The notes under the pieces are model-generated. The model ran no database searches. It worked only from the letters and a program-made list of their open reading frames with translations, and was not told where the DNA came from. This document shows, piece after piece, positions 60,529-64,000 of a DNA stretch of 64,000 bases. The position numbers and the translations under genes are program-made. The DNA is from Deinococcales bacterium (GTDB lineage: Bacteria > Deinococcota > Deinococci > Deinococcales > JAAFIG01), in assembly GCA_043778225.1 (NCBI GenBank), contig JAYWGM010000086.1, forward strand, positions 10,956 through 74,955. Reading direction: 5' to 3'. The first letter of the stretch is position 1, and the number at the start of each line of letters is the position of its first letter.

Positions 60529-62057
60529 TTACCGCGTTAATTCTGATTCCTATTTTGGCTGCGATTTTAGCGGCGGTCTCGAGTACCGAAGTTGCCAAGC
60601 GGGTGGCGGTGGCTGCCAGTTTAATCACCACGATCATGAGTGCAATCATGTACTTTTCGTACAACACAAGCAGTGGGCAATTGGCATTTGTTGAAAAAGT
60701 GCCGTGGATTCCTCAGGCGGGTATTGGCTATTTTGTTGGCTTGGATGGTTTATCGCTGCCGTTTGTGTTCCTGACTTCTCTTTTAACGCTGGTTTCGGTC
60801 TTGGCTTCATGGGATGAACCCAAAAAGAGCTTCTATGCGCTGTTTTTAGTGATGCAGGCTGGTGTGACGGGTGTTTTCGGGGCGCTGGATTTAATTCTTT
60901 ACTTTCTATTCTGGGAAGTTGTTTTAATCCCAATGTTCTTTATTATTCTGGTCTGGGGTTACGAAAACCGTCGCTACGCTGGTATGAAATTTGTGATTTA
61001 TTCCTTGACAGGCTCGGTTTTGATGCTGGTTTCAATGTTGGCGCTCGCCTTTGGGGTCGCAAGTGCCACAGGTAAGCCATTATCGTTTGATTACGAAGTT
61101 TTGCTGGCGAATCTCGAGACCATCAAAGCCCTGCCGGGGATTGCCTTGATTTTTTGGGGCTTTATGATTGCCTTCTTAATTAAGTTGCCAGCTTTTCCAG
61201 TCCATACATGGTTGCCTCATGCCCACACCGAAGCCCCGACTGGCGGTTCGATTATGTTGGCGGGTGTGCTGTTAAAAATGGGTGGTTATGGCATTCTGCG
61301 TTTTAATTTAGGCTTAATGCCCGAGCAAATGCAGCAATTCCAAACTGTTCTGGCAATCCTTGCCACCATTGGTGTAATTTACGGCGCGTACTGTGCCATG
61401 GCACAAAAAGACCTCAAGCGGATGGTGGCTTACTCGAGCGTCAATCACATGGGTTATGTGCTGCTCGGGATTGTTTCTATGACTGCCATGGGGATTCATG
61501 GCGCGGTCTATCAGATGGTGGCGCACGGTATTATTACGGGCTTAATGTTTATGATGGTCGGGTTTTTGAGCCACCGAACCCACACTCGAGAAATTGCCAA
61601 GATGACAGGTATTTACAACGCCATGCCAATCTTGGGCGCAATCATGTGGATGGCGTTTTTAGGTGGGCTTGGCTTACCGGGTATGGCTGGCTTTATTGGT
61701 GAATACACGGCATTGTCTGGCGCAATTCAAAATCCTGCTACGGCGATTTACGGTTATATTTCTTTGGTTGGCATTATTGTCACGGCTGGATTTATTTTGT
61801 ATGCGGTGCAGCGTGTCTTGCTTGGGCGTGACCCTGCGGCAGCCGACGACCACGGACACGACGACCACTCGAGCCATACCGCAAGCCATAAACACCATGA
61901 CCTTTCGCCGCTCGAGATTGCGGCGGCGGCACCTTTGGTGATTTTGAGTGTGGTGCTTGGGTTGTATCCTGCACTTTTAACACCGTGGATTGATGGCAGT
62001 ACACAACTCTTGCTCGAGACTGCCAAACGGGTCATGGCACTGGGAGGTGGACAATGA
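60525..62057 (+). CDS. nuoM: Complex I subunit M
   Basis: WEVVLIP, HTWLPHAHTEAP, LLKMGGYG, YSSVNHMG. Confidence 0.95.
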   Translation: MITALILIPILAAILAAVSSTEVAKRVAVAASLITTIMSAIMYFSYNTSSGQLAFVEKVPWIPQAGIGYFVGLDGLSLPFVFLTSLLTLVSVLASWDEPKKSFYALFLVMQAGVTGVFGALDLILYFLFWEVVLIPMFFIILVWGYENRRYAGMKFVIYSLTGSVLMLVSMLALAFGVASATGKPLSFDYEVLLANLETIKALPGIALIFWGFMIAFLIKLPAFPVHTWLPHAHTEAPTGGSIMLAGVLLKMGGYGILRFNLGLMPEQMQQFQTVLAILATIGVIYGAYCAMAQKDLKRMVAYSSVNHMGYVLLGIVSMTAMGIHGAVYQMVAHGIITGLMFMMVGFLSHRTHTREIAKMTGIYNAMPILGAIMWMAFLGGLGLPGMAGFIGEYTALSGAIQNPATAIYGYISLVGIIVTAGFILYAVQRVLLGRDPAAADDHGHDDHSSHTASHKHHDLSPLEIAAAAPLVILSVVLGLYPALLTPWIDGSTQLLLETAKRVMALGGGQ

Positions 62058-63520
62058 TTTTTGTGGCATTGGTTTTCTTGATGATTTCCTCGATGGCTTT
62101 GTTTATTGCCGCCACCTTTAAGGGCGCAGAGGACAAACACGCTGGTCAGATTTTTGGTGGCATTAGCCTTGCGGTTTACGGTATTACGGCATTGCTGGCA
62201 GCCACCGCTTGGAACGACACGACCATTCATTATGGCGTGATTAAATCTGGCGGACTTGCTACCCTCGGCACAATCATCATGTGCGGTATTGGTGCATTAA
62301 CCGTCGGTGGCGTGATGGCAAACCCCGAGAAGTACAAAGCGGGGGTTGGCGAATTCTTTGGCTTTATTGCTTTTGTGGTTTTTGGTGGCGCAATTATGGT
62401 CAGCACCAATCATTTGCTGGTGCTGCTGCTGGGTATTGAACTCTCGAGTTATGCGACTTACATTTTGGTTGGTTACTACCGTGACGACCGTTTTTCCAAC
62501 GAAGCCGCCAGCAAATACTTTCTGCTCGGTGCGGTCGCCAGTGGCTTTCTAATTTTTGGTATGAGCTTGGTTTATGCCAGTGTTGCTTTTACCAATGGCT
62601 CATTGACCTATTCAGATTTAGGCACAACCTTAGCGGGTCTGGTCGGACAAACCGTTGGGATTCCAGCACTGATTTACCCAGGACTGGCAATGTTGCTGGT
62701 TGGCTTTGGCTTTAAGATGGCACTTGCACCATTTCATTCTTGGACTCCAGATGCTTACCAAGGCGCTCCAACCATGGTTGCGGCAATCCTTAGCGTCGGA
62801 CCTAAAGCGGCGGTCGTGATTGCCCTCTCGAGCCTCCTGACCACGGCTTTTCCAGTACCAGAACTCTCGAGCGCTTGGAAAAATGCAATTGCGGTGCTGG
62901 CAATTTTATCGATGACGATTGGCAACTTGATGGCACTGCAACAAACCAACCTCAAACGTTTACTGGGTTTCTCGAGCATCGCTCAACTGGGCTACGTGGT
63001 AATTGGTGTGGCGGTCGGCAGTCTCGAGGGAACAAGTGCGGTCATTTTGTACATGGTTGGTTATTCCATTACCAACATCGGTGCATTTATGATTATTGCT
63101 GCCCTGCGCGATTCTGGGGTCGGCGAGAACATCGAAGACATTGCTGGACTGGTCAAACGCAACCCATTTGCTGCCGTGATGCTGGCAGGTTTCTTTATGG
63201 GCTTGGCTGGCGTACCTGTATTGGCAGGATTTTTAGGTAAGTTGCTGCTCTTTAAGAGTGCCGTGGACGCTGGCATGATTGCTCTAGCCGTGATTGCTGC
63301 TTTGAATGTCGTGCCGAGTTATTACTACTACTTTAGAATCATTATTTCTGCCATCTTTAGCGAACCAAAAGACGCGAGAACTTTCGAGTTAAATGCGACG
63401 GCTACCACCACGCTTGCCTTAGCGCTTGGCGGTGTGGTGCTGCTTGGAATTTACCCAACACCGCTCTTAAACATCATCAATGAAGCTGTCAAAGTCCTAC
63501 CACTTTTTGCGGGAAGATAA
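62054..63520 (+). CDS. nuoN: Complex I subunit N
   Basis: EAASKYFLLG, PFHSWTPDAYQGAP, KRLLGFSSI. Confidence 0.95.
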   Translation: MIFVALVFLMISSMALFIAATFKGAEDKHAGQIFGGISLAVYGITALLAATAWNDTTIHYGVIKSGGLATLGTIIMCGIGALTVGGVMANPEKYKAGVGEFFGFIAFVVFGGAIMVSTNHLLVLLLGIELSSYATYILVGYYRDDRFSNEAASKYFLLGAVASGFLIFGMSLVYASVAFTNGSLTYSDLGTTLAGLVGQTVGIPALIYPGLAMLLVGFGFKMALAPFHSWTPDAYQGAPTMVAAILSVGPKAAVVIALSSLLTTAFPVPELSSAWKNAIAVLAILSMTIGNLMALQQTNLKRLLGFSSIAQLGYVVIGVAVGSLEGTSAVILYMVGYSITNIGAFMIIAALRDSGVGENIEDIAGLVKRNPFAAVMLAGFFMGLAGVPVLAGFLGKLLLFKSAVDAGMIALAVIAALNVVPSYYYYFRIIISAIFSEPKDARTFELNATATTTLALALGGVVLLGIYPTPLLNIINEAVKVLPLFAGR

Positions 63521-63866
63521 GTTTCTCGAGTAAACAAAAAAGCCCCTTCTCGAGAAGGGGCTTTTGCTGTGATGGCATTAGTTTTGACCTCAACGCCCTG
63601 ACCAGCAAAGTCACCACGGCTAGCGGCTTAGGGCTAAATCGGGTCGAGGCTCGAGGCGGACAATTTGAATACTCGAGATTATCTGAACCAGTCCAAACAA
63701 ACACACCATCGTGTTCGACAATTTCGCCAACCAATTTCGGGCGAAGTAGAATTTCACCATCCACCAAACGCATCTCGAGGGTGCTGTTTGGTTTCAAGCT
63801 CAGTTCTTCGCAGATGGGTTTAGGAATCAGAACCCGACCAAAACGGTTAATTTGAATGGTTCCCAT
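63489..63866 (-). pseudogene. Orphan AbrB/MazE/SpoVT-type antitoxin with a run-on C-terminus
   Basis: INRFGRVLIPK...EILLRP domain; frame runs through the terminator into nuoN; no toxin follows. Confidence 0.55.
63538..63565. terminator. Bidirectional terminator of the nuo operon
   Basis: Perfect 28-bp palindrome AAAAGCCCCTTCTCGAGAAGGGGCTTTT. Confidence 0.85.
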
Positions 63867-64000
63867 ATTGGCAATGATACTATTTTTTGCCAAAAATACA
63901 ATCTGATACCGAATTAACTTAATCACTCTCGTTTGACCCAAAAACGGTCAAACTGTCGCTCAAGCGTTAATTCGGTCTTTTATCACTCCTTTTAGTCGGT

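Noticed and set aside
1..64000. tRNA, rRNA, transposase, integrase or RAYT genes
   Set aside because: None recognised by eye in this window

Overview
Bacterial chromosomal window, most likely from a Deinococcota (Deinococcales-like) genome. This is inferred from the gene content and from frequent TAnnnT -10 boxes about 6 nt upstream of start codons. It holds housekeeping genes (cobS, hisB, metH, moeA, comEA, lipB/lipA, cdaA/cdaR, gatB, mgtE), an 11-gene complex I-like operon nuoABCDHIJKLMN with no nuoEFG, four toxin-antitoxin modules plus an orphan antitoxin, and a nuclease/defence cluster (Uma2, YhcG, DUF262+HEPN) abutting metH. The most unusual signals are at the DNA level. (1) The palindrome CTCGAG is extremely over-represented (HIP1-like) and is absent from the AT-rich island. 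(2) A 36-bp mini-element flanked by 3-bp direct repeats adds exactly 13 codons in frame in metH, nuoC and nuoI. (3) GTAG-type REP doublets are translated inside MetH. (4) NuoC and NuoI end in an identical 15-residue peptide whose codons differ only synonymously. (5) Tandem duplications of 26-27 bp span stop codons. (6) Two unannotated small ORFs are present: an MgtL-like leader before mgtE and an ArfA-like basic peptide. All family assignments come from motif recognition by eye; no searches were run.
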